In this document: positions 38,676 through 48,686 of the stretch, one piece after another
Layout of the letters: every line of letters begins with the position of its first letter
Numbering within the stretch: position 1 is the stretch's first letter
DNA from: an uncultured Poribacteria bacterium
GTDB taxonomy: Bacteria > Poribacteria > WGA-4E > WGA-3G
Direction: 5' to 3'
DNA: 64,000 bases
Assembly: GCA_958296135.2 (NCBI GenBank)
Contig: CATQHZ020000001.1
Span: 608,001-672,000, forward strand
Made by a program: the position numbers and the translations under genes
The notes under the pieces: generated by a model
Seen by the model: only the letters and a program-made list of their open reading frames with translations
Database searches by the model: none
Told to the model about the DNA's origin: nothing

Positions 38676-38747
38676 GCGCAGAAACAGCGCGTTTCCTGTA
38701 TAAACAGGTCGGGAGAGTGGCTCGCTAACTACGAGCTACTCTCGTTC

Positions 38748-39980
38748 CTATTTAGACAAAGATTCCCTCTCCAAAACATAAACCCGTATCTGCTCCCACT
38801 TCCGTCTAGACCGGTGCGTCGCAACCCGCCTTTTAAAGACATCGCGCACCCGAAACCCCGCTGCCGCAACTATTCTCTCTAAATTCTCAATCGCCTTCGG
38901 ACCGGAGGCATCCGCATACCCTAATAAAATCGTGCCTTCCGGTTTCAGGAAATGCGGGGCCTGTTCAAAGAACCGTTGCAGTGTTCGCTGTTTCTCATCA
39001 TGGATGGCGAGTTCAGATCTGTTTCGAGCGCGCGCCACTACCCACGGGGCATTGAATAGAATCAGATCGAATGACTGATGCGATGGAAAGGTTTCAAACA
39101 AATCACCGGGAGGCATGACGTGGATATTCGTATCTTCAGGATAAATCCGTCGGATATTCAGTTTCGTCGTTGCCACCGCTTCGGAGAGGAGATCGGACGC
39201 GTGGAGGGTAACCTTTTCTCCTAATTCTTGCAGCGCGAGCAGCGTCAGAACCCCGCAGCCGCAACCGATGTCGGCGGCGGAAATCGAGACCGGGAGGGCG
39301 CAACCATCGGAAGGAGTCGAGACCGGGAGGTCTCTCCTACCGGAAGGAGTCGAGACCGGGAGGTCTCTCCTACCGGAGAATGCCTGCAACGCTTCTTGAA
39401 AGCATTCTACCGTCTCTTGTGAACGCGGCGCGAGGACGTTCTCGGAGGCGACGAGGGAAGCATCTAGCGCGTTGACGGGATACGTCGTTTCAAGCGCGCG
39501 CTGGATACGTTGGACAGACACGACAGGGACGAGAAATGGATGCCCTTCGTTCGCGCCGGGCGGTTCGCCGATAAGTTCCAAAAGATAGGGCAAATCGGGA
39601 GGCGGCCCGGTCTGCAACGTGCCTTCTGCATTTGCCCAGCATAAAAGACGCGCGTAAGCCGCTTCCAAACGCGCGCGGGAGATAGAGCCTCCCGGGCGCG
39701 AGTGGCGATTGCCTTTTGCGCGCGAACCTGATTTATAGGCGTGCGCCGGTGTCACAGCACTTTTGTGGCGGCGAATGTAGCCCATCACCACCATAATTTG
39801 TTCCCAAGAACCTTCTACCACCGCAACGCCGCCTCGCTCAATGTGCGTGGAAATCCGACCGAGGTGTGCTAAGTCTTGGTGCGCGAACAATTTAACGCGC
39901 CCGCGCGCGAAGACTGCGTCGCGGCATTCGGTAGGGACATAGAGTTCGCCGATGTGGGTGACAGAATAGAACGGATTCAT
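38748..39980 (-). CDS. Class I SAM-dependent methyltransferase (HemK/RsmC-like) with an in-frame repeat insertion
   Basis: VLAPRSQET, ADIGCGCG, GDLFE, FDLILFNAPW. Confidence 0.8.
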   Translation of the reverse strand: MNPFYSVTHIGELYVPTECRDAVFARGRVKLFAHQDLAHLGRISTHIERGGVAVVEGSWEQIMVVMGYIRRHKSAVTPAHAYKSGSRAKGNRHSRPGGSISRARLEAAYARLLCWANAEGTLQTGPPPDLPYLLELIGEPPGANEGHPFLVPVVSVQRIQRALETTYPVNALDASLVASENVLAPRSQETVECFQEALQAFSGRRDLPVSTPSGRRDLPVSTPSDGCALPVSISAADIGCGCGVLTLLALQELGEKVTLHASDLLSEAVATTKLNIRRIYPEDTNIHVMPPGDLFETFPSHQSFDLILFNAPWVVARARNRSELAIHDEKQRTLQRFFEQAPHFLKPEGTILLGYADASGPKAIENLERIVAAAGFRVRDVFKRRVATHRSRRKWEQIRVYVLERESLSK

Positions 39981-40033
39981 GAAGGATGCGGGCAGATAGA
40001 GACATCCGCCTTGACAATTGATGCGTCATTCGG

Positions 40034-41083
40034 TTAACGGATTGCGACGATTTCGCCGGTTTTGATGGATTCTGCCTCTTTATAGCAGAGGAGGAGCGCG
40101 TCTCTTGCACCTACGCCGGAGAGCGCAGTGGGTTCCTCTTCCGAATCGATTGCCTCAACGGCATAGCGGAGCTCAGCGGAGAATGCATCAATCGGGTCTG
40201 CATCTCCTAAATCCACCGGCTGCACTTCGCCTGATTCGTCCAAGAGCGTCAATGGTACTGCGGTAACCGGCTCGCCGCCAAGTGTTGCGAAGTCATACAG
40301 CAACGTCGCTTTTTCAAGGTAGATTTCAAAGCCGTGCGAGAAGGCTCGGCCACTTTGAGAAACGGCACCGGAGGAACAACTCACGGCGAGTTCCTTGTCG
40401 TTGTAGATGTATTGCGTCGTCACATAATCGACGAAATGGCCGCCCGCCAGTTTGCCTTGCGAGAAGACAGCATCCGGCACGCCACAGATCAGTTGGATGA
40501 AATGCGTGTCGTGGATGTGCAGATCGATGCCGGGGCCGCCGCTTTTCTCGACATCGGCGAGTTCCCGCGACCAGCTGGGTTTGGAGATGATGCGTTTGAA
40601 ATGCGCGCCGAGGAGTTCGCCAGAGTCGCCACTCTCAATGATGCTTTTGGCGTGAGCATATTCGGCGAAAAAGGGGAGGACATGCGCCACCATAAAGGAG
40701 TTGTCCATCGTCTCCGCTAGCGCAACTATCTCGTTCGCATCGTCAATGGAGATAGAGATAGGTTTTTCGACGAGGGTATGTTTGCCCGCGTTGAGGGCTG
40801 CCATGCTGACAGACTTGTGCAGCTGTGTCGGCAGGCAGATATCCACCAGATCGATTTCTTCATCGGCGAGGAGCGCGTCAATCTCGCTATATTTTCGGAT
40901 ATGCGAGAGCTCTTCGATGCCGCCGCGGGGGCCGAAGTTGCCTTGAATCCCGGTCCAGTCTCCGTTTCGTTTTTTGGCATCGCGGGTGCAGATTGCGACG
41001 ACTTCGGCACCCGGAACACGCTGGATGCCGTAGTAGTGGATCATGCCCATGAATCCGATGCCGATAATGCCAATTTTTACCAT
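40034..41083 (-). CDS. Gfo/Idh/MocA oxidoreductase
   Basis: KIGIIGIGFMG, GKHTLVEKP, DLHIHD. Confidence 0.92.
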   Translation of the reverse strand: MVKIGIIGIGFMGMIHYYGIQRVPGAEVVAICTRDAKKRNGDWTGIQGNFGPRGGIEELSHIRKYSEIDALLADEEIDLVDICLPTQLHKSVSMAALNAGKHTLVEKPISISIDDANEIVALAETMDNSFMVAHVLPFFAEYAHAKSIIESGDSGELLGAHFKRIISKPSWSRELADVEKSGGPGIDLHIHDTHFIQLICGVPDAVFSQGKLAGGHFVDYVTTQYIYNDKELAVSCSSGAVSQSGRAFSHGFEIYLEKATLLYDFATLGGEPVTAVPLTLLDESGEVQPVDLGDADPIDAFSAELRYAVEAIDSEEEPTALSGVGARDALLLCYKEAESIKTGEIVAIR

Positions 41084-41134
41084 GTTTATATCCAACCCGT
41101 GAAGGCGCGCTTTGAAAGCGCGCCTACCGATGTT

Positions 41135-41929
41135 TTAACGCAACTCGCTTGCCCTGCGCTTAAGACTCCCCCACGTTGTAGCGGCTTTATCTTGCGGGGA
41201 GACCGCGAGGATATCACCGTTCATAATTTCGTTGATTTCGTCTTCGCTGAGGGCGCGTCGCCAGATGGCGGCTTCGTCAATAGAACCGTTTTCAAAGGTA
41301 TACTGCGGCCGGTCTTTGGAGCATCCGATGCGCAAATCCTGGTCATTCGTGCCTTTGAAATCGAATTTCTCAGCCTTTTCCTGCGCCAATTCGCCATCAA
41401 CGTAGATTTTCATGTCACTGCCGTCATAAGTGCCGACGACGTGATGCCATTTTTTCTCGTCAAGATCGTGCGGGGCGTTCAAGGTAGGGCGGCTGTTGCC
41501 GGTGCCCAAGAACATATTGAAATTCGCGCCGTCGCCAAAAACGCCTATGCCGTAAGACGAATGCTCACCGCCGTTATGGCAGTTTTTGTCAAACCACTGC
41601 GCGTTGTTATTCCATGCTTCCTGATAGATCCAAGCGGCCATCGTAATCTCACCGCTGATTTTCAGTTCTTCGGCAGCAGGGATGTTAACGCAGTCCGCGC
41701 CTTCGGCGGTAATGTTAATCGCCTTGCCGTATTTGCCATCGACAATTTTGGTGTTGGCGATGATGTCTGCGTCCAGGCCGTTGCCGGATTCGTCAGCAAT
41801 CGTCTTGCCGCCGGCCTCGTCAAAGGTCATGTAAATAACGACACCATCGTCAAGTGCCGCGGTGGCATCGTTTCCCACCGTGAGCAACATCACGGCGGCT
41901 AGCATTACCCAGATAAATAACCGTTTCAT
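41135..41929 (-). CDS. Secreted LamG-like jellyroll protein
   Basis: Signal peptide, DGKYGKA, WHHVVGTYDG, GSIDEAAIWRRALS; tail AVSPQDKAATTWGSLK. Confidence 0.88.
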   Translation of the reverse strand: MKRLFIWVMLAAVMLLTVGNDATAALDDGVVIYMTFDEAGGKTIADESGNGLDADIIANTKIVDGKYGKAINITAEGADCVNIPAAEELKISGEITMAAWIYQEAWNNNAQWFDKNCHNGGEHSSYGIGVFGDGANFNMFLGTGNSRPTLNAPHDLDEKKWHHVVGTYDGSDMKIYVDGELAQEKAEKFDFKGTNDQDLRIGCSKDRPQYTFENGSIDEAAIWRRALSEDEINEIMNGDILAVSPQDKAATTWGSLKRRASELR

Positions 41930-42221
41930 ATTTCTTCTCCAAAGTGAAAGTCTCGCGATACAAATTATGGTGCCATTTTAACACAAATCCGCAGAAAAGG
42001 TCAAACTGTTTTTGCTGTCTGTAGTTAGGCTTGCCCTTGGTGCAGCCTATCCGCAAATCTTCGTCATTGCTGCCAATAAAATCATTTGTCCTCCATGCTG
42101 TACCGAGTGGAACGCGGCACGGCGAGGCACAGGACCACGCCCTACGGGGACGCGACGCAGCACACCAAGGCCCAGGTCTGCGCCCTACGGGGACGCGGGA
42201 CTCGTAGCGCGAGGGACGCGG

Positions 42222-43085
42222 CTAAGCAGAAGCTAGCAAAGCGTTCATCAGTTCTTCCCATCGCCCCTCAAACTTCGCGCCGAATTCGGCTTCGCCGCCG
42301 GTTGCAAGCGGGCCGCGGAGCATCGGTTTCGTCGTGTTGTGCTTCTCCCAGAGCGCCTTGCCTCCGAAATCGTTGTGCAGGAAATGGAGCGCGACCCCGG
42401 CACGTTCCTTATCGGAGAGATTTGATTTGGTACAGTGCGCCACGCCATAACAGAAAAATAGCACGCCGCCCGCCTTCAATTCAATTGGGACGGCGCGCTC
42501 TTCTGGCGGATTGCACCGAATGTGATGGTCGCTCAGCGGGTCGCGGTAGTGTTCATAAGTCTCTCGGTGACTGCCGGGGATGACGTGCATGCACCCGTTA
42601 TGAACGTTGGCATCGTGGATAGCAATCCACATCGCCGTGCCGCGCAGCGGGTCCGCGATTTTGAAATAGGCGTTGTCTTGATGCCAACTGGTGCCGATGC
42701 CGATTTTCGGTGGCTTCCAAAACGCCTGATCGAGTTCCAGCATGAATTCATCGCCGATGAGTTGCTGCACAACGGAGACAACCTTCGGATGAAAGGGGAG
42801 TGCCTTGTGCAAGTCGCTGCGGTTGTTGAGCGGGATAACCTGGAGGTTTTGCCGTTCGCCTTCGTTGTCGCGCTTGGTGCCATCTTCCTGCAAGGCGCAA
42901 TTAATACCGGTTCCTTGTTTGAGTTCGGTGTCGTAAATCCGCTCCAATTCGAGGCGGAGTGCCTTTGCCTCAATGGGTTTAAAGAATCCCTCAATCGCGA
43001 GGTATCCGTCTTCTCGGAATTGGGCAAGTTGTGTGCCAGTGAGTTGCATTGTGTCTCCATTCGTGGTTAGTAGCTTTGCGCGCAC
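42222..43085 (-). CDS. Phytanoyl-CoA dioxygenase (PhyH) family protein
   Basis: FREDGYL, WHQD, NGCMHVIPGSH; start may be MQLTG at 43049. Confidence 0.9.
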   Translation of the reverse strand: MRAKLLTTNGDTMQLTGTQLAQFREDGYLAIEGFFKPIEAKALRLELERIYDTELKQGTGINCALQEDGTKRDNEGERQNLQVIPLNNRSDLHKALPFHPKVVSVVQQLIGDEFMLELDQAFWKPPKIGIGTSWHQDNAYFKIADPLRGTAMWIAIHDANVHNGCMHVIPGSHRETYEHYRDPLSDHHIRCNPPEERAVPIELKAGGVLFFCYGVAHCTKSNLSDKERAGVALHFLHNDFGGKALWEKHNTTKPMLRGPLATGGEAEFGAKFEGRWEELMNALLASA

Positions 43086-44461
43086 GGCACGATGATGGAA
43101 TCTACCATGCCGTGTAAAATTTTCTTATCGGCGGGACAGACTGCAGCCTGCATGCCGCCAAGTTTCACGGTATTCCCGGCTACAAAATAGTAGGGCCGCA
43201 GCAGCGGGCGGCAGGCCATCTCTAGGACATCGCCTGCGTCAAAATCGTAATACTGCATCCGCACCCGTTTCGCCGTGTGAAACTTTTGTAGGACATGCGG
43301 TGTTTTCTCAAAATTCGCCAGTCCGTTTTCGACAGCGGCTTCCCATTCTTCAGTGGGCAAATCGTGTCCGATTGCCACGCCGCGGCTCCCCCAGGCGAGT
43401 TCAGAAAATCCCGATGGCTTGATAACCAATTCGCGTTGTTTCTGTGTTATGCTGCTGAGCTGCTGCCAGTCTGTCACAGGGAGTCCATCAATGTCCAGTC
43501 CTGGGATGACGGCGTGCGGTGGTAACGGACGTGCGTCCAAAATCCACGTCTGTGGCATCGCCTTTTGCAGGAACGGGTAGCTCCGCTTGCCGAGTTGCCG
43601 CTGCCAAAAAGGTTGCAGTGCAGGATGATGGAACAGCGCGAGGGACAACTTTTCCTCCAGATATGCCTTCGGGGGCGGTGTCATCACGACGGTGCGTTTC
43701 TTCGCGCTATAGAGCATCAGTTCCGCCTTTGGAATGTTCGGCAGATCGAACAACTCATAGAAACGGTATAGCACGTCAACCTTGTTGCCATCGACACAGA
43801 GTCCATCTTCGGTGAAAATGATTTCGTTGGGTTTGACAGTGTGCGTTTGCACGCCTGCCTGACAAAGCGCGGTTTCAAGCCACTTCATCTCAGCCCAATA
43901 ATCTGCGGATTCGTCTGAAACGACGATGGCGAGGGTGGGTGCCTCTTTTTTGGAGAGGGCTCGAATCATGTCGGCGTATCCCTTCACCATGCCATCGCTT
44001 CCGCCGATAACGGGATAGCCGAGTTGCGCATACAGTTGTGACAGACAGCCGGTCGCGCCGATGAAACCCGGTATGGAATCCAGTTCTGTGATTGCCATTC
44101 CTTGGGCAGTGGGCAGGATATCGGGACGCAGCACACCGGGTAGTTGACTTTTAAACCGGTTCATCCGTCCATATTGGATGACTGGTTCAGGTTTTCCGAT
44201 ATCCAGATACTCGGCAACCCACGTAGGTTGGATGCCGCGCGCGCTTTGGGAATAGAGCAGGTTGGATGCCCGATAAAAATTCAGCAGATGTCCGCCGAGC
44301 TCCTCAAACCACTTTAGCTCTTCCGCCGAGACCCGGAATGGTTCCGGCGAGATGCGCCATGAGGCGTTGCAATCGGGATGGACATCCCGCTTCTCTCCGG
44401 AGAACAGCCGTGCCTTCGGAATTTCGTTATTGATAAATAGACATTTCGCTTTTGTATCCAA
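43067..44461 (-). CDS. Circularly permuted ATP-grasp / glutathionylspermidine-synthase-like ligase
   Basis: RPDI...ITELDS, VLYRFYELFD, LEEK, LVIKPSG, VLQKF; start uncertain. Confidence 0.6.
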   Translation of the reverse strand: MDTKAKCLFINNEIPKARLFSGEKRDVHPDCNASWRISPEPFRVSAEELKWFEELGGHLLNFYRASNLLYSQSARGIQPTWVAEYLDIGKPEPVIQYGRMNRFKSQLPGVLRPDILPTAQGMAITELDSIPGFIGATGCLSQLYAQLGYPVIGGSDGMVKGYADMIRALSKKEAPTLAIVVSDESADYWAEMKWLETALCQAGVQTHTVKPNEIIFTEDGLCVDGNKVDVLYRFYELFDLPNIPKAELMLYSAKKRTVVMTPPPKAYLEEKLSLALFHHPALQPFWQRQLGKRSYPFLQKAMPQTWILDARPLPPHAVIPGLDIDGLPVTDWQQLSSITQKQRELVIKPSGFSELAWGSRGVAIGHDLPTEEWEAAVENGLANFEKTPHVLQKFHTAKRVRMQYYDFDAGDVLEMACRPLLRPYYFVAGNTVKLGGMQAAVCPADKKILHGMVDSIIVPCAQSY

Positions 44462-44570
44462 AATTTTTGTCCTATCATGCGCCGGGCGGCGCGGTGGCAA
44501 ACCGCTTCAGGGCGATGGGCGCGCTTACAACGCGCGCCTATCGGGCAATGCCGCGGCAAGTCTAGCCTTC

Positions 44571-46160
44571 TTAATCTGACAGAGAAACCTGTTTCACCAG
44601 ATCGATTTGGTTTGCCGCGGTTAGCGTTTGCAAGACATCCCTGGGCACTGGGCTATCGACGTTAATGAGCGTTACGGCGATTTCCCCGAGGCGCGAACGT
44701 CCCACGGTCATATCGGCGATGTTAATGCCCCGGTCTCCCAGAATTGTGCCGATTAAGCCAATCATGCCCGGCTGATCGCGGTTGTAAATGAGCAGGATAT
44801 ACCCCTCTGGCCTCGCGTTGATATGAAGTTGATTGATTTGCACGATGCGGATATCCTTGCGGCTGAAAGCGGTGCCTTCGATGACAGAATCCCCTCTGTC
44901 CGTGGTCATCGTAATCGCGATGGAATTGGCGAAGTTGGCACTTGAATCGCTTTTCGTTTCCGTTACAGGGATTCCGCGTTGCTTCATTAGAAACGGAGCG
45001 TTCACGTAGTTCACGTTCGTCAGCACCGGTGCGAGCATTCCTTTTTGCAAGGCGACGGTTATCGGCGTGACATCTTCATTCTGAAAGAGGGTGCCGCTGT
45101 AATGGATCTGAGCCGCCGAGATTTGCCCTTCAACAATCTGCGTGTGGAAACTGCCGATTTTTTCGGCCAGCTCCAAGTAAGGCCCCAAAATATCAAGCGT
45201 TCTCGGGTCGATTTTCGGTTGATTCACGGCGTTGGCGACAGGGCTGCCGCGGAGCGCGTTCATCACTTGCTGGGCGACTTCAACAGCGACATGTTCCTGT
45301 GCCTCCGCTGTTGATGCACCGAGGTGCGGGATAGCGAGGACGTTATCTAACCTCAACAGCGGTGTATCTGTTGCGGGTTCGTTTTCAAAGACATCCAGCG
45401 CGGCACCGGCGAGTTGTTTCGTTTTTAAGGCGCGGTAGAGGGCTGCCTCGTCGATGATGCCGCCGCGGGCGCAGTTAATCAGGCGGCAAGTCGGCTTCAT
45501 CAGCGCGAATTCGGATTCACCGATGCTGTGATAGGTCTCGGCGTTGAGATGCGTATGCACGGAAATATAGTCCGCTTCCTGAAAGAGTGTTTCTCGTTCA
45601 ACGAGCCGGATGCCGATTTCCTCTGCTGCGCTGGCTGAAATGTAAGGATCATGCGCGATTACCTGCATGCCGAACGCTTGTGCGCGGCGCGCGACTTCTC
45701 TGCCAATTCTGCCGAGTCCGACGGTGCCGAGAACCTTGCCGTATAATTCAACGCCGATAAAATCGTCGCGTTGCCACGTCTTGTTTTTGAGGGAGATGCC
45801 GGCTGGCACAAGGTTGCGCGCCAACGCCAGCAGGAGCGCGAGGGTATGTTCCGCCGCCGCGATGGTATTCCCTGTCGGCGTGTTGACGACAAGGATGCCG
45901 TTTCGCGTTGCGGCTTCTACGTCAATGTTATCCACGCCGACTCCGGCGCGTCCGATGACTTTGAGTCGTGTCGCTGCGGCAATAATCTCAGCTGTGACTT
46001 TCGTCGCGCTTCGGATGAGCAGCGCGTGGTAATCGCCGATCCGTGCAAGCAATTCTTCGTGGGAGAGATTCAGCGCGACATCTACCGTGAAATCGCCGTT
46101 CTCGCTTAAAACGTCTAAGCCTCGCTGTGACAGCAAATCGCTGACCAGCACCTTATTCAT
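44571..46160 (-). CDS. serA: D-3-phosphoglycerate dehydrogenase
   Basis: GRAGVGVDNID, GLGRIG, NCARGG, PHLGASTAEAQ, C-terminal ACT domain (NRDQPGMIG). Confidence 0.96.
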   Translation of the reverse strand: MNKVLVSDLLSQRGLDVLSENGDFTVDVALNLSHEELLARIGDYHALLIRSATKVTAEIIAAATRLKVIGRAGVGVDNIDVEAATRNGILVVNTPTGNTIAAAEHTLALLLALARNLVPAGISLKNKTWQRDDFIGVELYGKVLGTVGLGRIGREVARRAQAFGMQVIAHDPYISASAAEEIGIRLVERETLFQEADYISVHTHLNAETYHSIGESEFALMKPTCRLINCARGGIIDEAALYRALKTKQLAGAALDVFENEPATDTPLLRLDNVLAIPHLGASTAEAQEHVAVEVAQQVMNALRGSPVANAVNQPKIDPRTLDILGPYLELAEKIGSFHTQIVEGQISAAQIHYSGTLFQNEDVTPITVALQKGMLAPVLTNVNYVNAPFLMKQRGIPVTETKSDSSANFANSIAITMTTDRGDSVIEGTAFSRKDIRIVQINQLHINARPEGYILLIYNRDQPGMIGLIGTILGDRGINIADMTVGRSRLGEIAVTLINVDSPVPRDVLQTLTAANQIDLVKQVSLSD

Positions 46161-46263
46161 AGGGCTATTTCCTCCGAATTTGACCTGGGAATAACTTATA
46201 CCAAATGATGTTCATTGGTATGACATTCCTTCCGGGTCCAACATTTTGAACGCCTTAGTTAAA

Positions 46264-46334
46264 ATGATAACACGTTGATGCGTATCGTGTCAAGAAAATT
46301 TTCTGTTGACATTTTTGGTGTTTTTTGGTATCAT
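46264..46334. promoter_or_regulatory. Back-to-back sigma-70-type promoters
   Basis: Plus strand TTGACA-N17-TATCAT (46306-46334); minus strand TTGACA-N18-TATCAT (46293-46264) toward serA. Confidence 0.6.
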
Positions 46335-46451
46335 AGTGATATATTTCTACACTCAGCAGGACTTACGCAAAAAGACATTTCCCCGTAGGTGCTGTTTTCA
46401 ACCGCGCCTATTGGTGTGTTCTGCGTGCAAGACTGCATAGGAGAAAAACCA

Positions 46452-46823
46452 ATGGATGAAAAAGTGTTCCATGTCGGTGGCGTTGAGCTCCGCGTCGATG
46501 AACGCTCCTTCGGATCGGACGGGGGGCCTTCCGTGCGCGTTTATGGGGAAGCGGCGGGAGAAAATGTCCAACTCCTTCGCTTTGACTGCTTCCGGAAGGA
46601 CCCGCACTATCACTACGATCCCACCGGGAAAAATGACCAGGGGCATCTTGATAAAACTCTTGTGCCAGACCCGGTTGCTTGGACAATTGAACAACTCCGA
46701 CAGAACCTCGTGGAGATGGTTTGCACTGCAGGATACGACAGCGTCGCCAACCAGATCGACCCGGCGGCCGTTGCGCAAGTCCTACCCGAGGTCGAATCTT
46801 TCATGCGAAAAGGAGGCAATTAA
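46452..46823 (+). CDS. Conserved hypothetical protein
   Basis: RBS AGGAG; motif LLRFDCF...PHYHY. Confidence 0.7.
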   Translation: MDEKVFHVGGVELRVDERSFGSDGGPSVRVYGEAAGENVQLLRFDCFRKDPHYHYDPTGKNDQGHLDKTLVPDPVAWTIEQLRQNLVEMVCTAGYDSVANQIDPAAVAQVLPEVESFMRKGGN

Positions 46824-46824
46824 C

Positions 46825-47490
46825 GTGTATCGAACTATAGCTATCAGCGTGTTCCTGCTTGCCCTCCTGGTGGGGTTCAGCACGTTCGCGGGGACGCCTC
46901 AGGAATGGGGCAAATGGAAGAAAGGCGAACTGCTCCTCGAAAACCATAGTTTTGAGGAAGACCAGGCCGCCTGGGAATTGGAAGATGGCGCGTGCTGCAA
47001 CCGCGGCGGGCTCTATACGATAGAGATCGATAAGAAAAACCCGCAACACGGGAAACAGTCATTGAAGGTAGTCGGACATAAAGCGACAGGGACTGCCTGG
47101 CACGCTAAGATTAAGCAGCGGGACACCTCAATGGAGGCTGGCAAGGAATACACGATTATTTTCTGGGCGCGCGCCGAGAAACCGCGCCTCGTCACCATCA
47201 GTGTCCAAATGCAACACGATCCGTGGACGTTCTACCAAGGGGGTGACATCAGTCTAACCGGCCCCGATTGGGAAGAGTATCACATCACGTTCAATGCGAA
47301 AGCGGATGTGGAGCGCGACATGTGGGTAGGTTTGTCCATCGCGCAATCCGATGTCGATTTCTGGATTGATAACTTCCGCTTCTTTGAAGGTGGTCCGGAG
47401 GATGACCTGACGCGCGATGAACCCTTCGCCGTGGACGCGCGTCAGAAATTGGCGACGCAATGGGGCGAGATTAAATCGGAACGGTTTTAA
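46825..47490 (+). CDS. Secreted carbohydrate-binding (CBM4/9-like) protein
   Basis: GTG start after AGGAGG, signal peptide, LLENHSFE, YTIIFWARAE, WIDNFRF; tail AVDARQKLATQWGEIK. Confidence 0.8.
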   Translation: MYRTIAISVFLLALLVGFSTFAGTPQEWGKWKKGELLLENHSFEEDQAAWELEDGACCNRGGLYTIEIDKKNPQHGKQSLKVVGHKATGTAWHAKIKQRDTSMEAGKEYTIIFWARAEKPRLVTISVQMQHDPWTFYQGGDISLTGPDWEEYHITFNAKADVERDMWVGLSIAQSDVDFWIDNFRFFEGGPEDDLTRDEPFAVDARQKLATQWGEIKSERF

Positions 47491-47592
47491 GGTTTGCCCT
47501 CCTTACGCAGAATGCCCACGTAGGCGCGGTTTGAAACCGCGCCTACCGGCAGCTTTTAGCTCTAGCGTAAGTCCCGTTAAGGAGACAATACG

Positions 47593-48342
47593 ATGCAAAA
47601 ATTCAGACTTTCGCTGTTAGTGTTAGGCATATTGCTGGCGGCGACGTTCACCGGTTGTGATTCAGCGATTACTGTCGGCTTGCTTCCGGCCCCGGATAGC
47701 AGCACTCTTCACGTTTCTGGCAGTGGTTCTGTCACCGGTGAGCCGGATATCGCGATGCTCCATTTAGGGGTAAGCGTTGAGCGGAAGAGCGTCGGCGAGG
47801 CTCGCGAGGAAGCCGCCAGCGCGATGATAACGGTGTTGGATTCGTTGGCGGCCAACGGGATTGCTGAAACCGATATTCAGACGCAGGCTTTCAGCATTCG
47901 TCCCGAATACGACTACGATTACAACCGCGATCCGGTGCAGATTTTGCGCGGGTATCGGGTGAACAACGAGGTTACCGCGAAAGTGCGGGAATTGGAGACG
48001 CTCAGCCAGGTTATTGACGATGCTGCGGCAGCGGGCGGCAATGTGGTGCTTATCAATTCGATTCAATTCATGATTGAGGACACCACGGCGTTAGCCACGC
48101 AGGCGCGCGTTCTCGCCATCAAAAATGCTGAGGCGAAGGCGCAGACTTTGGCGACAGAGAGCGGTGTCACTATCGGGAAACCCCTTTCGATTTCCGAGCA
48201 AACCAGCACCGCCGCGCCGCCGATTGCTTTTGACAGGGCCTTAGCGGTGGTTGCGGAGGAAGCGAGTGTAACGGCAACACCGGTGCAGTCCGGTGAGCTC
48301 ACGGTAACGGTGAACATCACGGTGGTCTATGAGATTGAATAG
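47593..48342 (+). CDS. SIMPL (DUF541) domain lipoprotein
   Basis: FTGC lipobox, VSGSGSVTGEPDIA, DIQT, VTVNITVVYEI. Confidence 0.88.
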   Translation: MQKFRLSLLVLGILLAATFTGCDSAITVGLLPAPDSSTLHVSGSGSVTGEPDIAMLHLGVSVERKSVGEAREEAASAMITVLDSLAANGIAETDIQTQAFSIRPEYDYDYNRDPVQILRGYRVNNEVTAKVRELETLSQVIDDAAAAGGNVVLINSIQFMIEDTTALATQARVLAIKNAEAKAQTLATESGVTIGKPLSISEQTSTAAPPIAFDRALAVVAEEASVTATPVQSGELTVTVNITVVYEIE

Positions 48343-48686
48343 CACCGAATTTGTAAGGGTGGATGTCTCTATCCGCCCTTTTCAATTCTCCCGAAATATT
48401 CTTCCAACATTGTATCGCCATTGCAGATCTGTTGCGGCAAGGTTGCCCTACAGCTGAGGCGGGGAAGGACCGGGCAATTCGGCCGGGCATAAGGACTTGC
48501 TCCTAAAAGAGGCGAAGTTGCTGTTTCTTCGCTGTTTTCAATGGCGTTACGCGATTCTGCAAAATCTTTTGGAGAACCCACCGTGCGAACACGGGCGGAA
48601 TTGCGTTGCCATACAAAGCATACTGGCTGGAAATGGAATTTGAAACTGCGCCTACGGGGTTCGTTTCTGCGTCAAGTCTTGTTCCC

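Noticed and set aside
46456-46824. 344-aa version of the CBM protein
   Set aside because: The first 123 codons overlap another gene; the RBS, GTG start and signal peptide are at 46825.
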